From Oscillospiraceae bacterium (lineage in GTDB: Bacteria > Bacillota > Clostridia > Oscillospirales > Ruminococcaceae), in NCBI GenBank assembly GCA_009786985.1, contig WRGW01000112.1, positions 2,330 through 66,329 on the forward strand: a stretch of 64,000 nt of DNA, in the 5' to 3' direction. Shown here one piece after another: positions 18,916-28,554 of the stretch (the stretch's first letter is position 1; every line of letters begins with the position of its first letter). Made by a program: the position numbers and the translations under genes. The notes under the pieces were generated by a model. It made no database searches and had not been told where the DNA came from. It worked only from the letters and a program-made list of their open reading frames with translations.

Positions 18916-19866
18916 ATGTTTTGTAGTAATTGTGGCAATAAATTAGATGTCGGGGCGACTTTTTGTAAAAGCTGTAGCCACCCATTAGAGCAAGTTTCAC
19001 CTACACCAACAAACGCAGGATTACCAGTCACTGGCGATGATTCTATGTTGACTACTGAGCAATACCAGAAGCAAATGCAAGAAGCGGATAGGGAACGTGA
19101 AATAGCAGCAGCCAGTGCTACTCCAAACACGGCTCACAATCCATACGTGAACCCTTACAATCAAGCACATAACCCATACGCACAATCAAGTGATAATCCT
19201 TTTGAAGAAAGAACATATATTCCGCCAGTTCAGCCTTCTGAGGCTATGGGTATGGCTCAGCAATCACCACCTCCACCGCCACCACATATGGCAGGCTCAC
19301 AATACCCGACTTCTCCACCACCGCCACCGCCTAATCCTTACCTCAACCCTTATTCGAGTAATCCGTTTAGTGAGTTTAATCAAAAGAGCACTGTCCCAGG
19401 AAAAAACTATATCTTAGTTCCAGCGATTTTGATTTTGATTTGGGGTGGGATTTCATTCCTTTCAAACGCATTTGAGTTGGCAATTATAGACACGTGGCTA
19501 AACGACTTTGGAGGCGAATCTGCTCGAAATAGATGGATTATTCACCATGCGAACGAAACAATTTTCGGTGCTGTCGGCATAACGTTCGGGATTTTAGGGT
19601 TGATATATCATAAAAGTATCGAAAAAGGCAAACTGTTGATGAGCTTGGCGTTCGGTTACATTGCTGCGACTGTTGTAAACTATGTGATTTATTTCGCTGT
19701 TGATGTAAGTAGTTTAATCCTTGAAGCGTCGGATTTAGGTGAATTTGCACCACTTGCCTCTGGTATAACACTTGTTTTCTTACCAGCATTACTTGTACTA
19801 CCGATTTTGTATGCTATCGGTGCACATAAAAACAAAAAGCATTATGAAAACACCAAAAATCTATAA
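18916..19866 (+). CDS. Zinc-ribbon, Pro/NPY-rich membrane protein
   Basis: MFCSNCG...FCKSC ribbon, low-complexity linker, about 4 C-terminal TM segments. Confidence 0.75.
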   Translation: MFCSNCGNKLDVGATFCKSCSHPLEQVSPTPTNAGLPVTGDDSMLTTEQYQKQMQEADREREIAAASATPNTAHNPYVNPYNQAHNPYAQSSDNPFEERTYIPPVQPSEAMGMAQQSPPPPPPHMAGSQYPTSPPPPPPNPYLNPYSSNPFSEFNQKSTVPGKNYILVPAILILIWGGISFLSNAFELAIIDTWLNDFGGESARNRWIIHHANETIFGAVGITFGILGLIYHKSIEKGKLLMSLAFGYIAATVVNYVIYFAVDVSSLILEASDLGEFAPLASGITLVFLPALLVLPILYAIGAHKNKKHYENTKNL

Positions 19867-19881
19867 AGCACGAGGAAACTC

Positions 19882-21153
19882 ATGAGTCCATTAGCTGCAC
19901 AAATCCGCCCTAAAAATCTTGATGAGGTTGTCGGTCAGTCACACTTGCTCGGTAAGGGTAGACCTTTGCGTGAAATCATCAGAAATCTTGACATACACGG
20001 AAATGTTCCGTGTATGTTGTTTTACGGTCCGTCTGGAATTGGAAAGACAACAATCGCTAATATCATCGCCGAAAAAGCTAATATGACGCTTCGTCGCCTT
20101 AACGGAACATCATGCTCAACCGCTGATATTAAAGCGGTAATCGCAGACATTGGTGGTTTTTCTAACAGCGAAAATGGAATTTTATTGTATCTTGATGAAA
20201 TCCAGTTTTTGAACAAAAAGCAGCAACAGAACCTGCTTGAATATATTGAGAATGGTGACATAACACTAATCGCTTCAACGACTGAAAATCCATATTTCTA
20301 TGTATACGGTGCGATTTTATCGCGCTGTACTGTATTTGAGTTTAAAGCACTCACTCCAGATGAAACGCTTCCTGCAATCAAGCGTGCGTTTGAATTCACT
20401 GAATGCGAACTGCCATCTGATGAAGCCTTGCAGACAATCGCCCAAGGTTGTGGCGGTGATGTTCGCAAAGCACTCAATGCTGTGGAACTCTGCGTTATGA
20501 TGGCAGAAGGTGAAAGCGAACCAATCACTGTTGAACTCGTCAAACAACTGGTTAGTAAGAGCGGATTTCGCTATGACCGTTCTGGTGATGAACATTTTGA
20601 TACATTGTCGGCATTTCATAAGTCAATGCGTGGTTCGGACGAGAATGCCGCTTTGCATTATTTAGCTAGACTGATTATCGCTGATGACCTGCCATCAATT
20701 TGTAGAAGGCTCTTATGTGTTGCGTGTGAAGATGTAGGATTGGCGTTTCCGAATGCGATTACAATTGTGAAGGCTTGTGTTGATTCGGCAATCCAGCTCG
20801 GATTCCCTGAAGCACGGCTTCCGCTTAGTCAAGCGACTATTCTTTTATGCACTGCACCTAAATCTAACTCGGCATTGATTGCAATTGATACCGCTTTAGC
20901 TGACGTTCGTGCTGGTAGAACGGGCGAATTTCCGCGTACTTTACAAAACGTTCATTGCGATGGGGCGGACATAAGCTCACCTGGTCAAAACTATCTCTAC
21001 CCTCATGATTATCCTATGAATTATGTCGAGCAACAATACTTGCCAGACGTTCTAAAAGACAGAATTTATTACAACTTTGCTGATAACAAGTATGAAAAAA
21101 ACGCACTAAATTATCGTAATACGATACAGAAAGGAAAGCCTCAAAATGGCTAA
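19882..21153 (+). CDS. rarA: Replication-associated recombination protein A (MgsA/RarA)
   Basis: [43 protein letters not shown]. Confidence 0.95.
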   Translation: MSPLAAQIRPKNLDEVVGQSHLLGKGRPLREIIRNLDIHGNVPCMLFYGPSGIGKTTIANIIAEKANMTLRRLNGTSCSTADIKAVIADIGGFSNSENGILLYLDEIQFLNKKQQQNLLEYIENGDITLIASTTENPYFYVYGAILSRCTVFEFKALTPDETLPAIKRAFEFTECELPSDEALQTIAQGCGGDVRKALNAVELCVMMAEGESEPITVELVKQLVSKSGFRYDRSGDEHFDTLSAFHKSMRGSDENAALHYLARLIIADDLPSICRRLLCVACEDVGLAFPNAITIVKACVDSAIQLGFPEARLPLSQATILLCTAPKSNSALIAIDTALADVRAGRTGEFPRTLQNVHCDGADISSPGQNYLYPHDYPMNYVEQQYLPDVLKDRIYYNFADNKYEKNALNYRNTIQKGKPQNG

Positions 21154-22591
21154 AAATAATCAAAAATTAGTATCCGAAATTACATCTCGTGATGTGGATT
21201 TTGCTAAATGGTACACCGATATTGTAAAAAAAGCAGAACTAATCGAATATTCAAGTATCAAAGGTTGTTTGGTAATTCGTCCTTATGGTTACGCAATTTG
21301 GGAGAACATTCAAAAATGCCTTGACAAGCGTTTTAAGGAAACTGGTCATGAAAATGTTTATATGCCGATGTTTGTTCCGGAAAGCCTCTTGAATAAAGAA
21401 AAAGACCATGTGGAGGGTTTTGCACCAGAGGTTGCGTGGGTCACTCATGGGGGGAGCGAACCTCTCGCTGAACGTATGTGCGTTCGCCCAACGTCTGAAT
21501 GTCTGTTTTGTGAGCATTACGCCAATGTAATCACCTCGTACAGAGATTTACCGAAACTTTACAACCAATGGTGTTCGGTGGTGAGATGGGAAAAGACTAC
21601 TCGCCCTTTCTTACGTTCGCGAGAGTTCTTGTGGCAAGAGGGACACACCGTCCATGCAACTGCTGAAGAAGCAGTTCAAGAAACCGAAAGAATGCTTGAT
21701 GTCTATGCCGATTTCTGTGCGGAAGACTTAAATATGCCAGTAATCAAAGGCAAAAAGACCGAAAGCGACAAATTCGCTGGTGCAGTTTCGACTTATTGCA
21801 TTGAAGCACTCATGCACGACGGACAGGCTCTCCAAGCAGGGACGAGCCACTATTTCGGCGATGGATTCGCCAAAGCGTTCGACATTACGTTCACTGACAA
21901 AGATAACAAAATCAAACATCCACATCAAACTTCATGGGGAGTTAGCACACGTTTAATCGGTGGAATAATCATGGCTCATGGTGATGATTCAGGATTAGTT
22001 CTCCCGCCAAATGTTGCACCGATTCAAGTTGTAGTAATTCCAGTAGCACAGCACAAAGAAGGTGTTTTAGAGAAAGCAAGCGAACTTTTAGAAAAGCTAA
22101 AAACCGCAGGGTTTAGAGCGAAATTAGACGATTCCGACAACTCTCCAGGTTGGAAATACGCAGAATATGAAATGAAAGGTGTTCCGCTAAGAGTCGAAAT
22201 CGGTCCTAAAGATATCGAAAACAATCAGTGTGTAATAGTACGTCGCGATACTCGTGAAAAAGCGTTTATTCCACTTGATGAGCTTGAGGCTTCTGCAAAT
22301 AGATTGATGAACGAGTTATCAGAAGGCATTTATGACAAGTGCGTAGCGAATATTAAATCAAGAACCTATACTTGCACAACACTTGATGAAATTAGCAATG
22401 TCATAGCCGAAAAAGGAGATGGATTTGTAAAAGCAATGTGGTGTGGCGATGAATCGTGTGAAGAATCCGTTAAAGAAAAAACCAGCGTAGGGAGTCGTTG
22501 TATTCCTTTTGAGCAAGAAAATATTTCTGATAAGTGCATATGTTGCGACAAGCCAGCTAAGTTTATGGTTTATTGGGGAAAGGCGTATTAA
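21146..22591 (+). CDS. proS: Proline--tRNA ligase (archaeal/eukaryote-like type)
   Basis: [39 protein letters not shown]-terminal GKAY. Confidence 0.97.
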   Translation: MAKNNQKLVSEITSRDVDFAKWYTDIVKKAELIEYSSIKGCLVIRPYGYAIWENIQKCLDKRFKETGHENVYMPMFVPESLLNKEKDHVEGFAPEVAWVTHGGSEPLAERMCVRPTSECLFCEHYANVITSYRDLPKLYNQWCSVVRWEKTTRPFLRSREFLWQEGHTVHATAEEAVQETERMLDVYADFCAEDLNMPVIKGKKTESDKFAGAVSTYCIEALMHDGQALQAGTSHYFGDGFAKAFDITFTDKDNKIKHPHQTSWGVSTRLIGGIIMAHGDDSGLVLPPNVAPIQVVVIPVAQHKEGVLEKASELLEKLKTAGFRAKLDDSDNSPGWKYAEYEMKGVPLRVEIGPKDIENNQCVIVRRDTREKAFIPLDELEASANRLMNELSEGIYDKCVANIKSRTYTCTTLDEISNVIAEKGDGFVKAMWCGDESCEESVKEKTSVGSRCIPFEQENISDKCICCDKPAKFMVYWGKAY

Positions 22592-22609
22592 GGGGATTTT
22601 GAATAAAGA

Positions 22610-22643
22610 TAAGAGCAGGTCTTTAGTTTTAGACCTGCTCTTA
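22610..22643. terminator. 13-bp inverted repeat after proS
   Basis: TAAGAGCAGGTCT / AGACCTGCTCTTA between convergent genes. Confidence 0.6.
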
Positions 22644-22711
22644 ATCAGTTTAATAATACTTGAGTATTATTAAATATATCAATACATATCTACTAAGTCG
22701 ACGTTGTTTTT

Positions 22712-22756
22712 TTAGTATATCAGAATCAATAAGCTATAAAGCTCATAAACAGTCAT
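22712..22756 (-). CDS. Candidate 14-aa hydrophobic small ORF (possible truncated type I toxin-like peptide)
   Basis: AAGAGGTGGTGAAA-ATG then MTVYELYSLLILIY*. Confidence 0.3.
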   Translation of the reverse strand: MTVYELYSLLILIY

Positions 22757-22772
22757 TTTCACCACCTCTTTG

Positions 22773-22943
22773 TTAATCTTTATCTTTTTCAAGATTGTCA
22801 ACGGCGTAATTCAAGCACTGAATTACAAGTTGGTTAAGAGATAGTTTATTCCGTGCCGCTAACACGCTTAATCTTTCGGTCAATTCAATTGGCAATCTAA
22901 ATGTCTTACTTTCACTGTCATATCCACTTTGTATTTTAAACAT
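22773..22943 (-). CDS. Ribbon-helix-helix protein (HicB/Arc-like)
   Basis: SKTFRLPIELTERLSVLAARNKLSLNQLVIQCL; AAGGAG RBS. Confidence 0.75.
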   Translation of the reverse strand: MFKIQSGYDSESKTFRLPIELTERLSVLAARNKLSLNQLVIQCLNYAVDNLEKDKD

Positions 22944-23086
22944 AATAACACGCTCCTTTTGTACCATTATGCACTATATTTATGTGTTTGTATAGACTTA
23001 TTATTCAATATAAAATGCTTGCAAAAATATTGCTAATGTGTTATACTAATTATTATACAACTAAGCTCGACAACGGTTGCGAGCCT

Positions 23087-23725
23087 TCAAGCACCAAGAA
23101 TAATATGTGTATAAGATTCTGGAACGTATCCGATAATTACCGTTTGTGCGACGATGAACTGTGTTTCTATGTTAATCGATGTGGTGTAACCTGGAACAAT
23201 CGCAGCAATGTCCGTCGAAACGCTTAATACGATTTGATGGAGCGTTTGATTAATCCCACTTTCGGAAAATTTACTGATTAAATCAATTGTTGCCGAACCA
23301 CGTGGCATTAGCCTAACTGGAATGGCTACTCCACGCCCATATAAAAGATTAAATCCCGAAATCGTCCCGATTGGGATTTTCAGGGTGCTGTCTTCAATAG
23401 TGCTAAGTTCAGCGTTTATGAGTTCAGCTATTCGTGCTTTTAGGCGATTGATGCTCGCCATATCGCTCTCAATTGAAACGACATTGCCGTTATTATCACG
23501 TGTGAGAGTTATGAGAGAACTGTACGCCGCTCGCTCTAACTCTTCGCTAACGGCATTGTTGATTAGCCTTACCGCAATCATCTGACACTGAAATTCCCCA
23601 GCGGCACGAATCATCGGGCGAACTCGTATATCGATTGCAATTAGGGCGATTATTACGATAATTCCTATTATAATCAGCCGAATGCCGATTTTTCTAACTT
23701 TCAGATTTTTTCGTTTTATAAGCAT
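23087..23725 (-). CDS. yunB: Sporulation protein YunB family
   Basis: N-terminal TM, KIPIG, G..IPVRL.P.G, FSESGINQTLH, IG.VPE.Y pattern. Confidence 0.85.
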   Translation of the reverse strand: MLIKRKNLKVRKIGIRLIIIGIIVIIALIAIDIRVRPMIRAAGEFQCQMIAVRLINNAVSEELERAAYSSLITLTRDNNGNVVSIESDMASINRLKARIAELINAELSTIEDSTLKIPIGTISGFNLLYGRGVAIPVRLMPRGSATIDLISKFSESGINQTLHQIVLSVSTDIAAIVPGYTTSINIETQFIVAQTVIIGYVPESYTHIILGA

Positions 23726-23871
23726 AGGTTTATTCGCCTTTCATTTTTAGAAACGCCCTTGTTTAGCTGTTCTTCGGCAGACATAAAAAGCCCGGCAAAG
23801 CCGACCTTTGTTATGCCCTTGTTTAGCTTACTATATGAATATGCCAAATAAAAAGTGAGTAGGACAAGGTC

Positions 23872-23900
23872 TTGACTTTTTTGTGAAAGTATGATATAAT
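23872..23900 (+). promoter_or_regulatory. SigA-type promoter of trpEG
   Basis: TTGACT-17 nt-TATAAT with TG extension. Confidence 0.7.
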
Positions 23901-23904
23901 AGTC

Positions 23905-24041
23905 AAACAAGAGCGGAGGTGTCAGTGGCTGAGCCAATGAGCAGTCCGCTTGACGACAAGCCAAACAAGAACTCAAGGTCGACTGAACACAAGCTCGATG
24001 AAGCCTGCGCGCGGTGTTAAGACTTTGTTGGTGGGGTAATA
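23905..24041 (+). repeat. Mosaic of repeat modules forming the trpE leader
   Basis: 23920-23945 is the inverted CTGCTC-NNN-GGC-NNN-GCC-NNN-GACAC hairpin; tail TAAGACTTTGTTGGTGGGGTAATA matches 10699-10722. Confidence 0.7.
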
Positions 24042-24078
24042 CAAACTACAAGCTATGAGAGGAATTTAACTTAATACA

Positions 24079-25566
24079 GTGTTAAATCAAAAAAATAAAA
24101 GCTATCAAGAATTTAAAAATATAATCATAAAACTGCAAAAATCTGGTGAAGATTATAATGTTTATCCTATGAGCCTTGAGATGTTATCGGATATGTATAC
24201 GCCTATGCGAGTTATGAAAACACTCAAAAGTCCGAACTCTTCAGCTAAACATTGTTTTGTTCTTGAAAGTGTGGGAGAAGGTGAAAAATTTGATAGATAC
24301 ACCTTTTTAGGATACAACCCTAATCCTGAGCTTAAAATCAACAGTAGTCAAGATGGTGACCTCAATGAACGAATTAAAGAAGTTCTAAAAAAATATAAAG
24401 CCCCTAAGTTAGAAGAACTTCCACCGTTTTGTGGAGGATTGGTGGGCTATTTTGCTTACGATTATGCCAAATATTACGAATCGTCACTGGAACTGAACGC
24501 AAAAGACCGCTGTTTTTTTCAAGATGTCGATTTAATGCTTTTTGACAAAGTAATCGCTTTTGATAACAAGCACCACAAAGTCACGCTTATTGTTAATGTC
24601 AGAATTGATGATGACAACAATCTAAAGTCAGAATACGAGCGTGGTTATGCCGAACTCGAAAAGCTAAAAAATTTAGTCAAAAGTATTGAAGATGTTCAGT
24701 CACCTCCTCAAGCTAAGCTAAAATCTGAATGGAACGCACTTTTTTCTAAAGACGAATATTGTGAGATGGTCGAAAAAGCTAAACATTATATCAAAGAGGG
24801 CGACATTTTCCAGGTCGTATTGTCTAATCGGTTTGAAGCTGATTTTGAAGGTAGTCTTTTTGATACGTATCGAGTTTTGCGGGGCATGAATCCATCGCCG
24901 TATATGTTCTATTTCAGTGGTGATGATTTTGAGTTCGCTGGTGCGTCGCCTGAAACTCTCGTCAAGTTGGAAAATGGCAGGCTATACACCTATCCACTCG
25001 CAGGTACTCGTAAACGCGGAAAAGATGACATAGAAGACAAAGCCCTTGAAAAAGAACTGTTGGCTGATGAAAAAGAACTCGCTGAGCATAATATGCTGGT
25101 GGATTTGGGGCGTAATGATTTAGGCAAAATCGCAAAATTCGGTAGCGTAAAAGTCAACAAAAAGGATTATAAACGAATCCTGCGGTTTTCACACGTAATG
25201 CACATCGGTAGCGTAGTGAGTGCTGATATTCTTGATAGTAAAACTGGGCTTGATGCGATTGGTGCAGTCTTACCAGCGGGTACACTTTCTGGCGCACCGA
25301 AAATCCGTGCTATGCAGATTATTGACGAACTCGAAGGTTGCAAGCGTGGAATTTATGGTGGTGCAATTGGCTACCTCGATTTTACTGGAAACATGGATAC
25401 TTGTATTGCAATTCGCTTAGCTTACAAAAAAGGCAACAAAATCTTTGTGCGTTCTGGTGCAGGAATAGTCGCCGATAGCAACCCAGAAAATGAATATCAG
25501 GAGTGTGTGAACAAAGCTGCCGCAGTAAAAACAGCGTTAGAACAATCACAAGGGGGATTAGATTGA
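24079..25566 (+). CDS. trpE: Anthranilate synthase component I (or related chorismate-binding enzyme)
   Basis: GDIFQVVLS, NPSPYM, ASPETL, PLAGTR, EHNMLVDLGRND, PAGTLSGAPK. Confidence 0.85.
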   Translation: MLNQKNKSYQEFKNIIIKLQKSGEDYNVYPMSLEMLSDMYTPMRVMKTLKSPNSSAKHCFVLESVGEGEKFDRYTFLGYNPNPELKINSSQDGDLNERIKEVLKKYKAPKLEELPPFCGGLVGYFAYDYAKYYESSLELNAKDRCFFQDVDLMLFDKVIAFDNKHHKVTLIVNVRIDDDNNLKSEYERGYAELEKLKNLVKSIEDVQSPPQAKLKSEWNALFSKDEYCEMVEKAKHYIKEGDIFQVVLSNRFEADFEGSLFDTYRVLRGMNPSPYMFYFSGDDFEFAGASPETLVKLENGRLYTYPLAGTRKRGKDDIEDKALEKELLADEKELAEHNMLVDLGRNDLGKIAKFGSVKVNKKDYKRILRFSHVMHIGSVVSADILDSKTGLDAIGAVLPAGTLSGAPKIRAMQIIDELEGCKRGIYGGAIGYLDFTGNMDTCIAIRLAYKKGNKIFVRSGAGIVADSNPENEYQECVNKAAAVKTALEQSQGGLD

Positions 25567-26210
25567 TGTTTCTACTAATCGATAATTACGACAGCTTTTC
25601 TTATAATCTATACCAGTATATTGGTGAAATTTTGCAAGGCGATTCGAGCGGTTCTGATAACCCAAACACGCCGAATCTAAAAGTCATTCGTAATGATGAA
25701 CTCACGGTCGAACAAATCGAAGAACTGAACCCTCAAAAGATTGTGATTTCCCCAGGTCCCGGAAAACCAGCAGATGCTGGCTGTTGTGTGGAAGTTGTCC
25801 GGAAATTGTATGCTAAAATTCCGATTCTCGGCATATGCTTAGGACATCAAGCTATTTTTGAGGCTTTTGGCGGAACGGTGAGTTACGCAAAAGCCCTAAT
25901 GCACGGCAAGTCTTCCTTAATCGAGTTTGAAAGTGAGTGTCCGTTGTTTGCAGGGAAAATCCCGAAATTTTCAAAAAACTCAAATTCGGGAGAAGCTCAT
26001 ACGCTTATACAAGTCGCACGATATCATTCTTTAGCAGGGATTTACGAAACGCTCCCCGCTGATTTAAAAGTAATCGCTAAGGCAGAGTGTGGAGAAATTA
26101 TGGGTGTTTCTCATAAAGAACATCACGTGTACGGACTACAGTTCCATCCTGAATCTATTCTTACTGAGGGCGGTTTTGAAATGCTCAAAAATTTTTGCGA
26201 ACTGGTGTGA
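25566..26210 (+). CDS. trpG: Anthranilate synthase component II, glutamine amidotransferase
   Basis: IDNYDSF, SPGPG, GICLGHQ, RYHSL, QFHPES. Confidence 0.88.
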   Translation: MFLLIDNYDSFSYNLYQYIGEILQGDSSGSDNPNTPNLKVIRNDELTVEQIEELNPQKIVISPGPGKPADAGCCVEVVRKLYAKIPILGICLGHQAIFEAFGGTVSYAKALMHGKSSLIEFESECPLFAGKIPKFSKNSNSGEAHTLIQVARYHSLAGIYETLPADLKVIAKAECGEIMGVSHKEHHVYGLQFHPESILTEGGFEMLKNFCELV

Positions 26211-26347
26211 TTTTAATTCATGATATATATGATAATCCAAGGTTTTGAAAATTCGTCATTTTGTACAAAAATTATGTCGATTTTGTGTGGTTTTATGCAG
26301 TGTTTTTGTGCAAAACGCCGAAAAAAAGATAACCATAAAATTCATAG

Positions 26348-26376
26348 TTGACACACTCTCTAAAACGTGGTATAAT
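26348..26376 (+). promoter_or_regulatory. SigA-type promoter of the VTC cluster
   Basis: TTGACA-17 nt-TATAAT. Confidence 0.8.
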
Positions 26377-26476
26377 ATAAAGACTGTAAAGTTATCGTGA
26401 ATTAATCTTTAGGTAACTTAGGCGAGATTGTAGCATTATTAAGTATTATAAATATAATTAAGAAAGGGGTGGCAAC

Positions 26477-27337
26477 ATGGCTATAGAGGTTTTTAAGAGA
26501 CTTGAAATCAAATACATTATGGATTCGGAGCGGTACAAACACATTACTGACTTTCTTACACGGTACATGAACTTAGACGAGTTTAATCAAGGTGGTAATT
26601 TTTATTCAATTGCGAATATTTATTACGATACGGTTGACCACAACATTATCCGTCAATCCGTTGCAAAACCGAAATATAAAGAGAAGTTACGGTTAAGAGC
26701 TTATGGCGTACCCGAACTCGATGACAAGGTTTATCTTGAAATCAAGAAAAAATATAAAGGAATCGTGTATAAACGGCGCGTAACCATGAAGTTACATGAA
26801 GCATATGATTTCATCAATACGTGGGAGGTTCCAGCCGAGAAAAGCAAAAAATTTGTAAGAAATCAGGTGTTCCAAGAACTTAAGCACACCTTGAATTTCT
26901 ACAATCCAGTTCCAATGATTTATTTGGCTTATGACCGTATTGCGTATTTCGGGAAAAGCCCAGATGAGGGTGGTCCTGGGCGTGATTTGCGGATTTCGTT
27001 TGACTTTAATGTACGAACTCGGCGCGAAAACACTGGGCTTGAACTCGGCGACCATGGCGAACAACTACTCCCAGGTGGGAAGGTGATTATGGAAGTTAAG
27101 TCGGCGACTCCGCTACCACAATGGTTGCTTGACTATTTTGCAGAACATGGTATGAGGCGCGGTAGCTTCTCTAAATATGGGCAGGAGTACAAGCGTTTCA
27201 TAAAACGCCAGCTTGAGGATGGGCGTTCGATTATTGAGCCTGCAACGATTACTGGTGATATCAAGCCGCCACCGCCGATTCAAGTGGCTGAACCGGTCGC
27301 TGAAGCTCAGACTACTACTGCCACTCATACGGCGTAA
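26477..27337 (+). CDS. VTC / polyphosphate polymerase domain protein (CYTH-like)
   Basis: FKRLEIKY, IYYDT, KEKLRLRAYG, LEIKKK, YDR.A, LRISFD, MEVK, FSKY. Confidence 0.88.
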   Translation: MAIEVFKRLEIKYIMDSERYKHITDFLTRYMNLDEFNQGGNFYSIANIYYDTVDHNIIRQSVAKPKYKEKLRLRAYGVPELDDKVYLEIKKKYKGIVYKRRVTMKLHEAYDFINTWEVPAEKSKKFVRNQVFQELKHTLNFYNPVPMIYLAYDRIAYFGKSPDEGGPGRDLRISFDFNVRTRRENTGLELGDHGEQLLPGGKVIMEVKSATPLPQWLLDYFAEHGMRRGSFSKYGQEYKRFIKRQLEDGRSIIEPATITGDIKPPPPIQVAEPVAEAQTTTATHTA

Positions 27338-27514
27338 AGCCAAACAAGATGTCCGTAAGCGGAGCTTTGCTTCGCTATAGGACATTGCCGTAGGAACCCT
27401 TATATTAACCCCATTTAACTATTGTCTTGACATTTAGATGGGGAGCTACCTGTGGTTTTGCCCTATTTCAAAAAATCAAAAAATTAAATTATAAATAAAG
27501 GAGATTCTTTAACA

Positions 27515-28306
27515 ATGTCAACATTATTACTTGCTAATCCATTTACCGGAGGCGGTAGCTCGCACATTGGTGATGTTTCGTCTGTCGACTTTTCGTTTGG
27601 TGATTTATTTACGTTTGGTAACGTAATTCCTCTTGACTGGTATGGTGCGAGGGTTGCACCTACAATCGTTTTCTTTTTCATAGTAATATCAGCTCTCGTA
27701 ATGGGTTTTGTTATGAGTTCGTTATACAAGTCGGTGACAAAAAAAGGCACACCATCGCAAAACTTTGCAATTACTCTTATGATTTTGCCTCCAGTAATTG
27801 CGGCAGTTGTTTTCTTAATCGGTGACAACTTTGCAGCAGCATTCTCGTTAGCAGGTATTTTCTCGTTCACACGATTTAGGAGTGCGGCTGCAAACTCGAA
27901 AGACCTTTCGTTCATATTTGTAACGATGGCAATCGGTATTGCGTGCGGTACTGGTTTTGTATTCTACGGTACTGTAATTGCGATTCTTCTCTGCGTTGTT
28001 CTTTCGGTTCTCAGCTCGATTAGCTACGGCGAATCTAAGAGTGAACCTAAAGTTTTGCGGATTAACGTTCCAGAAAGTATCAGCTATGGTGAAATGTTTA
28101 CGCCAATTTTCGAAAAATACGCATATTCGTGGGACATAGCACGCGTAAAACTCGTAGACCTTGGTGCTACTTATGAAGTTTCTTACTCAATCTCACTAAA
28201 ACAAGGCATCGACGAAAAAGCAATGATTGACGAACTAAGAACTCGTAACGGTAACTTAAATATCACTCTCATGCTTGCTAAGAGAGACGATAGAGTTCAA
28301 ATGTAA
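27515..28306 (+). CDS. DUF4956 family membrane protein
   Basis: FSLAGIFSFTRFRS, DLSFIFVTMAIG.ACG.G; typical partner of VTC genes. Confidence 0.85.
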   Translation: MSTLLLANPFTGGGSSHIGDVSSVDFSFGDLFTFGNVIPLDWYGARVAPTIVFFFIVISALVMGFVMSSLYKSVTKKGTPSQNFAITLMILPPVIAAVVFLIGDNFAAAFSLAGIFSFTRFRSAAANSKDLSFIFVTMAIGIACGTGFVFYGTVIAILLCVVLSVLSSISYGESKSEPKVLRINVPESISYGEMFTPIFEKYAYSWDIARVKLVDLGATYEVSYSISLKQGIDEKAMIDELRTRNGNLNITLMLAKRDDRVQM

Positions 28307-28310
28307 GCAA

Positions 28311-28410
28311 GCAAGAGCTGCAGGGGTGGCTCTGCCAACCCTCAAAAACCCGAAACCCACAACGGCGAAGTTCTCTCAAGTTACCTGCTCAGTGGCAGAG
28401 TTGCCGACAC
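28311..28410 (+). repeat. Two repeat modules (GGTGGC-TCT-GCC hairpin; CTGCTC..GACAC hairpin)
   Basis: 28313-28342 resembles 60443-60475 and 63908-63940; 28385-28410 resembles 50636-50661. Confidence 0.65.
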
Positions 28411-28554
28411 CCCGCAATTCTCGTTTTGATAAACATCGTGTAGTAATTTGCACGATGTTTTCTACATACTTATGTCTTAACAGCATAAAATGTTCATAAA
28501 AAAACACTTAATTATAATCTTAACATATAGTATAGAATGAAAGGTCGAAATAAA

